Assembly: GCA_030065575.1 (NCBI GenBank)
Contig: JASJDZ010000003.1
Span: forward strand, 1,562-65,561
Direction of reading: 5' to 3'
Source of the DNA: Acidimicrobiia bacterium
Lineage (GTDB): Bacteria > Actinomycetota > Acidimicrobiia > Spongiisociales > UBA5794
Length of the DNA: 64,000 nt
How positions within the stretch are numbered: the first letter of the stretch is position 1; every line of letters begins with the position of its first letter. Below are positions 1-9,731 of this stretch, one piece after another. Made by a program: the position numbers and the translations under genes. The notes beneath the pieces are model-generated. The model did no database searches and was not told the DNA's origin. It saw nothing but the letters and a program-made list of their open reading frames with translations.

Positions 1-11
1 ATCTGTAATCC

Positions 12-2525
12 ATGGACCCAAGCATTCATCTTGTTGAGAGGCGCGAACGTCGCGGTAAGCGCGTCGCCAGCCTTGCCATGATCGCGGTGATCGTGGTACT
101 TGGTGCGTCGTTATTCGGGATGTTTGCATTCCTCGAGACCAACGCAGCCTTTGGCACGGTAGAGGACGTCTCAGACTCGCTCATTTGCGACCCGGACGAC
201 TACGACCTGAGCTTCCCCGCGTTGGGGAGGCTGTCGGAGGTCTACACGAGTGATGGCGTGCTGCTGGGGAAGATCACCGAGCGCAACAGCCAGCCGGTGC
301 CAATCAACGAAATACCCGACATCGTTCGGGACGCAGTGGTCTCGGCCGAGGATGGAGACTTCTACGACCACGAGGGCATTGACTTCTCATCGATCCTCAG
401 TGCTGCCATCGACAACGCCCGCTACGAAGGCACCCGGGGTGGATCGACTATTACTCAGCAGATCATCAAGAAGAACGTTCTTTCGGATGAGATCACGCTC
501 GATCGCAAGATCTGCGAGGCGGTGATCGCCGCCGAACTGGAGCGGACCTTCACCAAGGATGAGATTCTCGAGTTCTACCTGAACTCGCAGTTCTTCGGCG
601 CAAATGCCTATGGCGTCGCCGCGGCCTCCCAGGAGTACTTCGGCAAGGACCTCGATGATGTCTCGATTGCTGAAGCGGCCGCAATCGCCGTCCCGATTCG
701 CAACCCCTCTTACTACGACATGCGCCACGAGACACAGGAGAGGCTCGACATCTTCCTGGATCGGCGCAACTCCGTGATCAAGCAGATGGAGAAGAACGGC
801 TTCATCAGCGAAGAGGAGTCTCTGGCAGCACAGGCGGAGCCCCTCGAGCCGATCCCGCGCCAGAGCTTCGAAGAGGTCGATCCCCGGATCATCCTCGAGG
901 CGAAGGAGCGATTGCTCGCCGACCCCAGCTATGGCCTTGGTGACACGTACCTGGAACGGAAACGGGCGATATTCGGCTGTCCCGCCAACGACACGGAGTG
1001 CGAGGGCGGAGGCGGTCTCACCATCACGGTCACCGTCAACTACGAGCAGCAGCTCGAAGCCAATCGCATCCTGCGTTCCTGGTTCCGCGATCGGGAAGGT
1101 CCCACGGGCGCCATCGCAATGATCGAGAACGAGACCGGCGCCATCCGCGTGATCTCGTCGGGCCTCGACTACGGCGACGACTTCGCAGCAGGCGAGCGCA
1201 AGTACGACCTTGCCGTTGAAGGACGCCGCCAAGCCGGGTCGTCGTTCAAGCCTCTCGCCTTGATCGCCGCTCTGGAGAATGGCAGCCAGTTCGGCTGGCC
1301 GATCACCCTCGGCAGCTACTGGGATCAGACCAGCCCGCAGAAGATCGAATGCGGCTTCCCCTGCAGCCCGCAAGGCGACATCTGGACAGTGAACAATGCC
1401 GGCGGCGGCGGCTCGGGCATCACCACCCTCGAGCAAGCCACCTACACCTCCAAGAACACCGTCTACGCCCAGGTCTCTTTTGCGGTGGGCCCCGAGAACA
1501 TCGTCGAAGCTGCGCACAGGGTCGGCATCGACTCGCCGCTCAGCCCGGTGCTCTCTATTGCACTCGGCACGCAGTCGGTGACGCCTCTCGAGATGGCTGC
1601 CGCCTACTCAACGCTGGCCAACTACGGCGAAAAAGTCGACAGCTACCTGATCGAGAGCGTCGTCGACGCCGACGGCAACGTCATCTACGAGCACGAGCCG
1701 ACCCGGGCTCGGGTGCTCGACGCAGCCCTGTCGGCAAGCGTCGTGCGTACCTTGGAGAAGGTGCCGCGCAGCGGCGGGACGGCACCGCGGGCCAACATCG
1801 GGCGGCCTCAGTTCGGCAAGACCGGCACCGCGCAGAACTTCCAGGACGTCTGGTTCGTCGGAGGCATACCCCAGTACACAACCGCAGTTTGGGTCGGATA
1901 CGCCGACGCCCAGATCGAGATGGTCAGCTTCTACGTCTACAACGAAAAAGAGGACCGCGAGCAGTTCGTCAAGCGCGCATACGGCGGCAGCGTGGCGGGA
2001 CCGGTGTGGAACGACTTCATGACCTACATAACGCAGGATCTGCCCGTCGAGGAGTTCCCACCGAATCCGGACGGCACAGAAGCCTTCTTCCGAGTCCCCA
2101 AGACCGAGGTGCCCGACGTGAGCGACATGGACGAGGATGAAGCCGAGGACGCCATTCACAAGGCAGGGCTGCGCGCCAAGGTGGAGCTCGTCGCTTCAGC
2201 AGAGGAAGAAGGGACATTCCTCGACCAGAGCCCGGCCGCCGGCAGTGAGGTGACCCAGGGCGGCATAGTCACTGTGCGCTTCTCCTCAGGCATCCCACCG
2301 GAGATGATCAACCTGATCGGTCTCAGCCTCGAGGATGTGGAGGCCGCCATCACCTTGTTCAACGAAGAGTCGGGCCTCAACCTGAGCTGGACGCTCCAGA
2401 ACTTCCCGACCGATGAGCCGTCCGCGTTCGGCAGAGTCGTCGGCACCAACCCGCCGGCGGGATCTCTGCTCGAGGCCGAGCAACTCGTCATCATCTTCGT
2501 CGGGGTCCCCGACCTCGGCGACTAG
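12..2525 (+). CDS. Class A penicillin-binding protein (transglycosylase + transpeptidase + 2 PASTA domains)
   Basis: N-terminal TM; GT51 motifs EDGDFYDHEG, GGSTITQQ, RK..E, LEFYLN; transpeptidase SxxK (GSSFK), SKN, KTG; C-terminal PASTA-like VPDV...QSPAAGS. Confidence 0.95.
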   Translation: MDPSIHLVERRERRGKRVASLAMIAVIVVLGASLFGMFAFLETNAAFGTVEDVSDSLICDPDDYDLSFPALGRLSEVYTSDGVLLGKITERNSQPVPINEIPDIVRDAVVSAEDGDFYDHEGIDFSSILSAAIDNARYEGTRGGSTITQQIIKKNVLSDEITLDRKICEAVIAAELERTFTKDEILEFYLNSQFFGANAYGVAAASQEYFGKDLDDVSIAEAAAIAVPIRNPSYYDMRHETQERLDIFLDRRNSVIKQMEKNGFISEEESLAAQAEPLEPIPRQSFEEVDPRIILEAKERLLADPSYGLGDTYLERKRAIFGCPANDTECEGGGGLTITVTVNYEQQLEANRILRSWFRDREGPTGAIAMIENETGAIRVISSGLDYGDDFAAGERKYDLAVEGRRQAGSSFKPLALIAALENGSQFGWPITLGSYWDQTSPQKIECGFPCSPQGDIWTVNNAGGGGSGITTLEQATYTSKNTVYAQVSFAVGPENIVEAAHRVGIDSPLSPVLSIALGTQSVTPLEMAAAYSTLANYGEKVDSYLIESVVDADGNVIYEHEPTRARVLDAALSASVVRTLEKVPRSGGTAPRANIGRPQFGKTGTAQNFQDVWFVGGIPQYTTAVWVGYADAQIEMVSFYVYNEKEDREQFVKRAYGGSVAGPVWNDFMTYITQDLPVEEFPPNPDGTEAFFRVPKTEVPDVSDMDEDEAEDAIHKAGLRAKVELVASAEEEGTFLDQSPAAGSEVTQGGIVTVRFSSGIPPEMINLIGLSLEDVEAAITLFNEESGLNLSWTLQNFPTDEPSAFGRVVGTNPPAGSLLEAEQLVIIFVGVPDLGD

Positions 2526-3139
2526 CCGCCGTCGTGCAAGGCACGCTCCAGGTCACCCGCTTCCTCGACAAGTAGCTGCTCGAGGGTTTCCATCCGGATG
2601 ACCAGGTCGTCGGTCTCCAACAGTCGCTGCCGATCGAATGCGCCGAGCGGGGCAGCAGCACAGAGCGCCCATGCGGCCTCGTGAGCATCCTCCGGCAGGT
2701 CGAGCTCGAGTTGCTGACCGATTGCGCCCATCTCAATGGCCAGTGCATATAGCCGGCGCCGGGCCGCCGCAGCCGCCGCAATCGCCTCCGCTGCCGAGCC
2801 GGCCGGCGGGGTCTCGGCCATCGTCTCCACTTCGGCAAGTGGATAAGGAGCGTCCTCGAGCCAGGTTGTCACGCGGATCCGCTCCTCGCCCACCGCAAGC
2901 AAGAGGATAACCCCGTCCTCGGAAACCCCTCTGCGCACCACCCGGGCCGTGGTGCCGATGTCATGTCGCTCGTCACCTCCGCCGACTTCGAAGCCGCGGT
3001 TGATCAAGACAACGCCGAAGCGATTGTCGGCTGCGTCGATGTCCTCGACCATCTGGCGATAGCGAGGTTCGAAGACTTGGAGCGGTAGTACCGCCCCGGG
3101 AAAGAGGACCGAGCCCAGCGGGAACATTGGAATTGTCAT
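2522..3139 (-). CDS. LON peptidase substrate-binding domain protein
   Basis: IPMFPLGSVLFPGAVLPLQVFEPRYRQMV is the typical LON_substr_bdg N-terminus; no ATPase or protease domain. Confidence 0.9.
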   Translation of the reverse strand: MTIPMFPLGSVLFPGAVLPLQVFEPRYRQMVEDIDAADNRFGVVLINRGFEVGGGDERHDIGTTARVVRRGVSEDGVILLLAVGEERIRVTTWLEDAPYPLAEVETMAETPPAGSAAEAIAAAAAARRRLYALAIEMGAIGQQLELDLPEDAHEAAWALCAAAPLGAFDRQRLLETDDLVIRMETLEQLLVEEAGDLERALHDGG

Positions 3140-3212
3140 GGTTCGAGTATGCCGCAGCTCGGCGGCAAGGATGACGGTGCGGCCGCGTCACCGACCCTAT
3201 TGTTGATCGCCT

Positions 3213-4973
3213 ATGCAACCTCTCCGCCGACTGTGGCACTACGCAGAAGCACACCGCGGCCGCCTGCTTCGGGCGATCATGTTCTCGATTCTCAACAAGG
3301 CGTTCGACATAGTCCCGCCGGTGCTCATTGGGCTGGCGGTCGACATTGTCGTCAACAGGGAGGGCGCCTGGCTCTCCAGATTCGGGTTTGCGACCGCCCG
3401 TTCGCAGCTGATCGTCCTCGCTGCTATCACCTTCATCATCTGGGGCCTGGAGTCGCTGTTCGAGTATCTGCAGGCGCTGGCCTGGCGCAACCTGGCGCAG
3501 ACTATTCAGCACGAGCTGCGGCTAGATGCCTACAGCCACATGCAACACCTCGAGATGGCCTACTTCGAGGATCAACCAACCGGCAACCTGCTGGCCATCC
3601 TCAACGACGATGTGAATCAGCTGGAACGGTTCCTCGATATGGGTGCCAACGAGGTCATCGCCGTCGTCACCACAGTGATCCTGATCGGCGGGATGTTCTT
3701 CGTGATTGCCCCGACGATTGCCTGGGTGGCATTCGTCCCGATGCCGATCATCATCTGGGGATCGTTCCGCTTCCAACGCTTGATGGAGCCCCGATACGCC
3801 ACCGTGCGGGCCCGGGCCGGCGCAATCAGCAGCCTCCTGGCCAACAACCTCGGAGGCATATCCACGATCAAGTCATTCACGGCGGAAGACCGCGAGATCG
3901 AGCGGGTCGCCGCCGAGAGCGACGAGTACCGCCTGGCCAACCGGGATGCCATTGCGCTGAGCTCGGCCTTCTCCCCGCTGATTCGTGTAGCCATCCTGGT
4001 CGGCTTCACCGCAACCCTCGTGTGGGGCGGGATCCTCACTCTGGACGACCGATTGGCCGTTGGCGCTTACTCCACGATGGTGTTTCTCACCCAACGGTTG
4101 TTGTGGCCACTGACCAGGCTCGGGCAGACGTTCGACCAGTATCAGAGGGCTATGGCATCGACCAACCGCATCCTCGATGTCACCGATACCCCGCCGGAGA
4201 TCGTCTCTGGAGACGGCATCCTCGAAAGGGATTCTGTGCAGGGAACGATCGAGTTCGACGAGGTGTCGTTCGCCTATCGGACTGGTTACCCGGTTCTGCA
4301 CAGCCTCGATCTGATTCTGAAGCCGGGGGCAACAACGGCGTTTGTCGGGGCGACCGGGTCGGGCAAGACGACACTGGTGAAGCTACTGCTGCGGCTGTAC
4401 GACGTGTCAGAGGGGTCGATCCGGATCGACGGCCACGACATCCGATCGTTGGAGCTGCATCACCTACGCCAGGCAATGGCGGTCGTCGGACAGGACGTGT
4501 TCCTATTCCACGGGTCGGTGCGCGACAACATCGCTTATGGGCGCCCGGGGGCAACAGACGCAGAGATCCGGCGGGCTGCCGAAGTGGCCGAAGCTCACGC
4601 ATTCATTTCGGATCTCCCGGAGGGCTACGACACGATCGTCGGCGAGCGGGGTCAGAAGCTGTCCGGAGGCCAGCGCCAACGTTTGTCGATAGCCCGGGCG
4701 GTGCTCGTTGATCCTCCAATCCTGATCCTGGACGAAGCGACATCGTCGGTCGACAACGAGACCGAGGCCGCCATTCAGCGATCCCTGGCCAGACTGGTCG
4801 TCGACCGATCGACGATCGTCATCGCTCACCGACTGTCCACCATCCGACATGCCGATGCCATCCACGTCATGGACGCCGGCCGTGTCATCGAATCGGGCAC
4901 GCATGACGAGCTGATTGCCGACGGCAGCTCGTATGCGGCCTTGTGGCGGGTGCAAACCGGCGAGGCGGTCTAG
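3213..4973 (+). CDS. ABC transporter, fused permease/ATP-binding (MsbA/MdlB-like exporter)
   Basis: TM domain followed by Walker A GATGSGKT, signature LSGGQRQR, Walker [15 protein letters not shown]. Confidence 0.95.
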   Translation: MQPLRRLWHYAEAHRGRLLRAIMFSILNKAFDIVPPVLIGLAVDIVVNREGAWLSRFGFATARSQLIVLAAITFIIWGLESLFEYLQALAWRNLAQTIQHELRLDAYSHMQHLEMAYFEDQPTGNLLAILNDDVNQLERFLDMGANEVIAVVTTVILIGGMFFVIAPTIAWVAFVPMPIIIWGSFRFQRLMEPRYATVRARAGAISSLLANNLGGISTIKSFTAEDREIERVAAESDEYRLANRDAIALSSAFSPLIRVAILVGFTATLVWGGILTLDDRLAVGAYSTMVFLTQRLLWPLTRLGQTFDQYQRAMASTNRILDVTDTPPEIVSGDGILERDSVQGTIEFDEVSFAYRTGYPVLHSLDLILKPGATTAFVGATGSGKTTLVKLLLRLYDVSEGSIRIDGHDIRSLELHHLRQAMAVVGQDVFLFHGSVRDNIAYGRPGATDAEIRRAAEVAEAHAFISDLPEGYDTIVGERGQKLSGGQRQRLSIARAVLVDPPILILDEATSSVDNETEAAIQRSLARLVVDRSTIVIAHRLSTIRHADAIHVMDAGRVIESGTHDELIADGSSYAALWRVQTGEAV

Positions 4974-5709
4974 AGATCGACCAGGAAGGGAGCCGCCAAT
5001 CTGGCGGCGGCCGCAGCTGCCACATCGGCGCCGGGCAGCGACGGGTTCCACGACGAGATCGAAAAAGCAACAATGCGGCCGGTAGTTGCGAGATGAATCA
5101 TGGCCATCCGCACGTCGCGCAGATGTGGGCCATCGGCGGCGGGGTAATTCATTGCCGGCATCTCGCCCGGATCGACTACATCCAGATCAACATGGACGTA
5201 GAGCGGACCCGCCGGAGGCACGCTGTGTGCTACTTCGTCGACAGGTGCGCAATATCGGACGCTGCGATGGCATCGTCCTCCCCGGGATCGAGAGCTCGAC
5301 CGTCCACCAGAACCACCCGCTCGTCCGGTAGCGGGCTCAAGCCGGCACCGGCCAGGATCGTCTGCTCGCCGCGTCCCGTGATCATGGCGAGCGGCATCCC
5401 ACCGATGAAGCCCGAGTGGGTGGTGTCCCAGGTGTGGAAGTCGCCGTGGGCATCGAAGAAGATCAGCGTAGGCCGAATGCCTCGATGTTCGAGCCCGGCC
5501 AGCACTCCGATGATGCTGACACAGTCGCCGGCCCAGACAACTGGCTGGCTCACCGAGGCAACCCAAGCGGCAACATCTCGATACAGAACGGCCATGCGCT
5601 CCTGGGGTTTGTCCTTTGGGAGATCGGGTTGCATCAACTCGTGCGGTTCCGGCACCGCCAGGCCCGACATCGGCTCGCCCATGAAGAACGGCACACCGAG
5701 GATGCTCAT
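4970..5709 (-). pseudogene. Arginase/ureohydrolase family protein, frameshifted near 5240
   Basis: N-part (5709-5230) has GDC and DAHGDFH..GMPL; C-part in another frame has YVHVDLDVVDP and ends at 4970. Confidence 0.8.
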
Positions 5710-5797
5710 ACGTCCAATGTAGCGGGCGATCGAGCCAACGGGAATCGCAACTCCCCGACCATCTCGGGCCGTCTTTTCGCGTTCTATCCCGAGGTTA

Positions 5798-5833
5798 TTG
5801 ACGTTGTTTAATAGTGTTTGATATTACTATCCT
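5798..5833 (+). promoter_or_regulatory. AT-rich sigma-70 promoter with overlapping inverted repeat
   Basis: TTGACG at 5798-5803; TAATA-N8-TATTA at 5809-5826; AT-rich -10 zone directly before ATG 5834. Confidence 0.5.
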
Positions 5834-6274
5834 ATGAACAAGGTCACGGCAGCACCCGGGAACCACGACAGTCCGTCCTCCGTTGTGGAATCAGCGCCTC
5901 GCTCGGGTGCTGCCGCGAGTTCTCTACGCCGCACCGCAAGGCAGCGTGCCGTCATCCGCCCCCTTCCCTGGGATTGGGCAGACGACGAGGTGCCGGGCTA
6001 CTCCGCCACCCATCCATACGTGCGGCTGTATTGGACCGCCACAATCGGCTCGGGAGCGGTCGCGGACCTGCTCCGACTCGTCACCGCCGCAACGCGCGGC
6101 CGCTCCCTCCGCCGACCTACCCATCTGCACGTACTCGTACGCTCCGGGCTCGCCCACACCCACAACGGTCAGGTCTTCGTCCGCAGCACCATCCCCCCGC
6201 TCAGCTCGATCCAGGTACGACTCCTCCCCCCGGATCTCAGGCGCAAGCACCCGAAAACGACCACAGACGTGTAA
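5834..6274 (+). CDS. Hypothetical basic protein (probable conserved actinobacterial family)
   Basis: PW..D...G....PYVRLYW...IG...LLRL...VR..IPPL...QVRLLP..L...H pattern; promoter-like sequence upstream; family recalled, not searched. Confidence 0.65.
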   Translation: MNKVTAAPGNHDSPSSVVESAPRSGAAASSLRRTARQRAVIRPLPWDWADDEVPGYSATHPYVRLYWTATIGSGAVADLLRLVTAATRGRSLRRPTHLHVLVRSGLAHTHNGQVFVRSTIPPLSSIQVRLLPPDLRRKHPKTTTDV

Positions 6275-6297
6275 TTCGTGCCTATCATGACGCCTCG

Positions 6298-6325
6298 CCC
6301 GGCGAGCTTCGCCGGGTTTCGCTTT
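6298..6325 (+). terminator. Hairpin plus T-rich tract (terminator or leader attenuator)
   Basis: CCCGGCGA-GCT-TCGCCGGG followed by TTTCGCTTT. Confidence 0.5.
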
Positions 6326-6378
6326 GGGCAGCGTGTGAGCCCAATCCCCTTGCAAACGATCCCGATCCAACGCGTGCA

Positions 6379-6882
6379 ATGAAGAGAATCATCATCATCC
6401 TGACGGCGACGCTGATCACCATGACGGCTGCGGCCGGTCCGGCGGCTGCCGTCGAAACTCCAGAACTCCAAGAAGCCCGATCGGCCTATCTCAGCGAGAA
6501 GGCGGCAGTCGTCGAGGCCGAGCAGGAGCTACTCCTCGCCGAGTTGCGCAAGGTGAATGGCCCGTATGACAACATCGCCGATGAGTTCCGATGGGCAGTC
6601 GAGCGATGGCGGCCCGTCGTAGACATGTACTTCCCGGAGGATCGAGTCGACTGGGCGCTCCGCATCATGGAATGCGAGTCCAAGGGCAAACCCGATGCGA
6701 AGAACCCGACCAGTTCCGCTAGTGGGCTCTTCCAGCACCTCGCCCGGCTGTGGCCGCCCCGAGCGGCGGCCGCCGGCTTCGCTGATGCCGACGTGTTTGA
6801 CCCCTTCGCCAATATCGCGGTTGCCGCCTGGCTTCTCGAGAACGGCGGGCCCAGCCACTGGGTTTGCAAGGCAGCCAAGTAA
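6379..6882 (+). CDS. Secreted lytic transglycosylase (SLT/lysozyme-like)
   Basis: Signal peptide MKRIIIIL...AAA; CES.G.P.A.N...ASGLFQ motif; DPFANIAVAAWL; GPSHW. Confidence 0.88.
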   Translation: MKRIIIILTATLITMTAAAGPAAAVETPELQEARSAYLSEKAAVVEAEQELLLAELRKVNGPYDNIADEFRWAVERWRPVVDMYFPEDRVDWALRIMECESKGKPDAKNPTSSASGLFQHLARLWPPRAAAAGFADADVFDPFANIAVAAWLLENGGPSHWVCKAAK

Positions 6883-6925
6883 CGCTCGATTCAATCCAGC
6901 CGCAGCCAGCTGATAGCGTATGCGG

Positions 6926-7684
6926 ATGAGCCAGGATCTCGCCTACGCCGCCCGTCTGCTCCTCGACGCGGAGCGAATTGTGGTGTTCACGGGGGCCGGG
7001 ATCTCTACAGAGTCCGGGATCCCAGACTTTCGCGGGACAGACGGCATTTGGACAAAGCTGTCCCCGGAGGATTTCCAACTCGATCGCTACATGCGCGACC
7101 CGAAGGCTCGAATCCGCGCTTGGCAAACCCGGTTTCCCAAGATGTTTGGCAACGCCCAGCCCAATGCAGCGCATGAGGCCGTTGTCGACCTGTGGAAGGC
7201 AGGGAAGCTGCTCGGCTGCGTCACTCAAAACATAGATGGGCTCCACCAGGCCGCCGGCCTACCGCAAGAGTTGATGGCTGAGCTGCACGGCAATAGCGAT
7301 GGTATCGCTTGCCTCCAATGCGGCAAGCAGTACGAACCAGACGCTATCGAGGCACGGTGGATAGACGGAGATCTCGATCCACACTGCGACGACTGTGGCG
7401 GAATCCTCAAGTCAACCATCGTCTTCTTTGGCGAGGTGCTCCCACGCGCCGAACTGCTGCGAGCCGAACAATGGGCACACGAAGCCGATGCTGTCATCTC
7501 GATCGGTTCCAGCCTGTCCGTGTATCCGGCCGCCTACATCCCGCTCGAGATTGCCTCGCGCGGCGAGGTCTTCATCATCATCAACAACTCGCCGACCGAT
7601 CTCGACAGTCTTGCCTCGCTGCGGCTCGACGGCATGGCCGGTACGGTCTTCCCCCAGCTGGTCGGCGCCATCACCGCCGGGTAG
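6926..7684 (+). CDS. cobB: Sir2-family NAD-dependent protein deacylase
   Basis: FTGAGISTESGIPDFRG, TQNIDGLHQ, ELHG, Zn-binding CxxC pairs, GSSL; start chosen from leaderless -10 TAGCGT (alternative ATG 6920). Confidence 0.92.
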   Translation: MSQDLAYAARLLLDAERIVVFTGAGISTESGIPDFRGTDGIWTKLSPEDFQLDRYMRDPKARIRAWQTRFPKMFGNAQPNAAHEAVVDLWKAGKLLGCVTQNIDGLHQAAGLPQELMAELHGNSDGIACLQCGKQYEPDAIEARWIDGDLDPHCDDCGGILKSTIVFFGEVLPRAELLRAEQWAHEADAVISIGSSLSVYPAAYIPLEIASRGEVFIIINNSPTDLDSLASLRLDGMAGTVFPQLVGAITAG

Positions 7685-7725
7685 CGGGTACCGGGCAACC
7701 GAACAGCCACTACGGTTACTGGACG

Positions 7726-8856
7726 ATGGAGACCTATCAGCAGAAACTGGCCGCAGCCAGAGAGCGGGTCGAGGAAGTCACCCCGGAAGCGCTGAATGTA
7801 GCTGCGGGCCTGATCCTCGACGTACGCACATCGGACGAGACTGCGCTCGGGCTGATTCCCAATGCGGTCACGCTACCGATGGATCGGGTGAAGGCCGAGA
7901 TCAGATCGCTCGACGTGCAACCGGGTGATCGAATCGTTCTGTACTGTGCCGTCGGTGAGCGCTCGTTGCTTGCGGCGGCTGAACTGCTCGACGCCGGTTA
8001 CACCAACGTGGCATCCCTAGCCGGAGGCATGAAGAGGTGGATGTCCCTTGGTCTTCCCACGACCTCCCCAAGCGGGCTGAGTGACCTCAGTCGTCGTCGC
8101 TACGCCCGCCACATCGTCATGCCGCAGGTAGGGATAGCCGGCCAGCAGACCCTGATCGATGCCCGGGTCGTCATCATCGGCGCCGGAGGGCTCGGCTCCC
8201 CGGCCGCTCTCTACCTGGCGGCTGCCGGCGTCGGCACCATCGGCTTGGTCGACCATGACGTTGTTGAGCTGTCAAACCTGCAGCGGCAGATCCTGCACGG
8301 GACCGCCGACATTGGAATGGCAAAGGTGACCTCAGGGGCCCAGCGGATCCGCGAGATCGACTCCTCAGTCTCGATCCAGCCGCATGACACCATGCTCGAC
8401 TCGAGCAATGCCCTCGGCATTCTCGGGAGCTACGACCTGGCCATCGATGCAACCGACAACTTCGCAACCCGCTATCTCATCAACGACGCTTCGATACATG
8501 TCGGTGTCCCGGTTGTACATGGCTCGGTATTTCGATTCGAGGGACAACTTGCCGTCTTCAAACCACACGAGACGGCCTGCTACCGATGCGTATTCCCCGA
8601 TCCGCCGCCCGGAGACCTGGCTCCCAACTGCACCGAGGCCGGGGTCTTCGGGGTACTACCCGGCGTCGTAGGGACGATGCAGGCCACTGAGGCATTGAAG
8701 CTTCTGCTCGGCATCGGGGAGCCTCTGCTTGGTCGGCTGCTCACCTACGACGCCTTGAGCCAGACAATCCATACGGTCCGGCTGAAGCGACGGCCCGATT
8801 GTGTTGCCTGCTCCGGCCCTCCCCCACCCTTGCGGGATCACCCCGAGTACTGCTGA
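7726..8856 (+). CDS. moeB: Rhodanese-MoeB/ThiF adenylyltransferase
   Basis: N-terminal rhodanese (LDVR, YCAVGERS); RYARH, GAGGLGSP, SNLQRQ, CYRC, CxxC. Confidence 0.92.
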   Translation: METYQQKLAAARERVEEVTPEALNVAAGLILDVRTSDETALGLIPNAVTLPMDRVKAEIRSLDVQPGDRIVLYCAVGERSLLAAAELLDAGYTNVASLAGGMKRWMSLGLPTTSPSGLSDLSRRRYARHIVMPQVGIAGQQTLIDARVVIIGAGGLGSPAALYLAAAGVGTIGLVDHDVVELSNLQRQILHGTADIGMAKVTSGAQRIREIDSSVSIQPHDTMLDSSNALGILGSYDLAIDATDNFATRYLINDASIHVGVPVVHGSVFRFEGQLAVFKPHETACYRCVFPDPPPGDLAPNCTEAGVFGVLPGVVGTMQATEALKLLLGIGEPLLGRLLTYDALSQTIHTVRLKRRPDCVACSGPPPPLRDHPEYC

Positions 8857-8858
8857 GG

Positions 8859-9479
8859 TCAGTCGGCGATTGGTGATGCCCCGCAGCGCACGAACACGAC
8901 AAAGGAAGCGGGTGCAGGCTCAGCAGAAGCGGTCGACGCAGGCGCAGGCTCGATGGCGGCCGGCTGGTCGTTGTCGACGACCGGTTGCACATCGGAGTAC
9001 GGCTCGGGATCAACATCGTCACTCGGCGCCGGCGAGCTAGCCAGTGTCTTCATGAACACGACAGTGATCCAGAGTTTTGATGGCGCTTCCTCGATTACGG
9101 CAATGCCGACCGAGTCGTAGTCGCCGAGGATGTTGCCACGGTGGCTGGACGACGCCATGAAGGCGTCATGGAGCGCCGCAATGCTGCTGCCCCGCCCCAC
9201 GTTCTCGCCGAGCTTCACCCAGTTGGCCGACACCGCGGCCAGATTCGGGTTGTGCGAGAGCGAGCCCTGGCCTTGCATGTGGAGCGTCCAAGCGTGCGCA
9301 TCGTCGATGAGATCGGCATGCATAGTGAGGGGGGCAAGTCCCGCAGCGCGGCGTTCTGCATTCAGCAGGGCCAGCGAATCACCCTCGTGGGAAGCTGCGC
9401 CGGCTGCCGGAGCCATGACTCCGACCGCCAATGCCGTGGTGAGCAGTACCGAAGCGATGCGTCTGGCCAGCGCTGCCAT
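8859..9479 (-). CDS. Secreted CAP/SCP domain protein
   Basis: Signal peptide; LLNAERRAAGL, LSH, GENVG, FMASSSHRGNIL. Confidence 0.9.
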   Translation of the reverse strand: MAALARRIASVLLTTALAVGVMAPAAGAASHEGDSLALLNAERRAAGLAPLTMHADLIDDAHAWTLHMQGQGSLSHNPNLAAVSANWVKLGENVGRGSSIAALHDAFMASSSHRGNILGDYDSVGIAVIEEAPSKLWITVVFMKTLASSPAPSDDVDPEPYSDVQPVVDNDQPAAIEPAPASTASAEPAPASFVVFVRCGASPIAD

Positions 9480-9590
9480 ATGTTCGATCCTTCACAGTGC
9501 GTGGTTGTCTGAACACGCTCCGTATCGGATCGTTTCTGGGTCGCCTTGAGGAAAGAAACACTAAAAGTGGCGGACGGAGGCCCATATTGG

Positions 9591-9640
9591 GTAGGGACTA
9601 TTGGCCCTAGTGGTTCACCAGGCTGTCTTGTAGTCCCCGG
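9591..9640. promoter_or_regulatory. Tandem DosR/DevR-like (NarL-family) binding boxes
   Basis: GTAGGGACTATTGGCCCTAG (9591-9610) and a TAGTCCCC half-site box (9621-9640) resemble the mycobacterial TTSGGGACTWWAGTCCCSAA consensus. Confidence 0.45.
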
Positions 9641-9704
9641 CAGCCCAAAAAAGGCAGCCCCAAATCGATAGGCCGACCAGAATGAAGTTACATCAGGGGA
9701 TTCC

Positions 9705-9727
9705 AAAACCGACCACCAACGGTGGTC
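9705..9727 (-). terminator. Intrinsic terminator of pepA
   Basis: GACCACC-GTT-GGTGGTC then GGTTTT on the minus strand, 4 nt after the pepA stop. Confidence 0.55.
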
Positions 9728-9731
9728 TACA

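Noticed and set aside
3149-4711. 520-aa alternative-frame ORF over the ABC transporter
   Set aside because: Arg/Pro/Gly-rich frame shadow typical of high-GC DNA; no motifs
5818-6378. Long N-terminal extension of the SLT ORF (354 aa)
   Set aside because: The signal peptide begins at ATG 6379; the upstream part overlaps a better ORF in another frame
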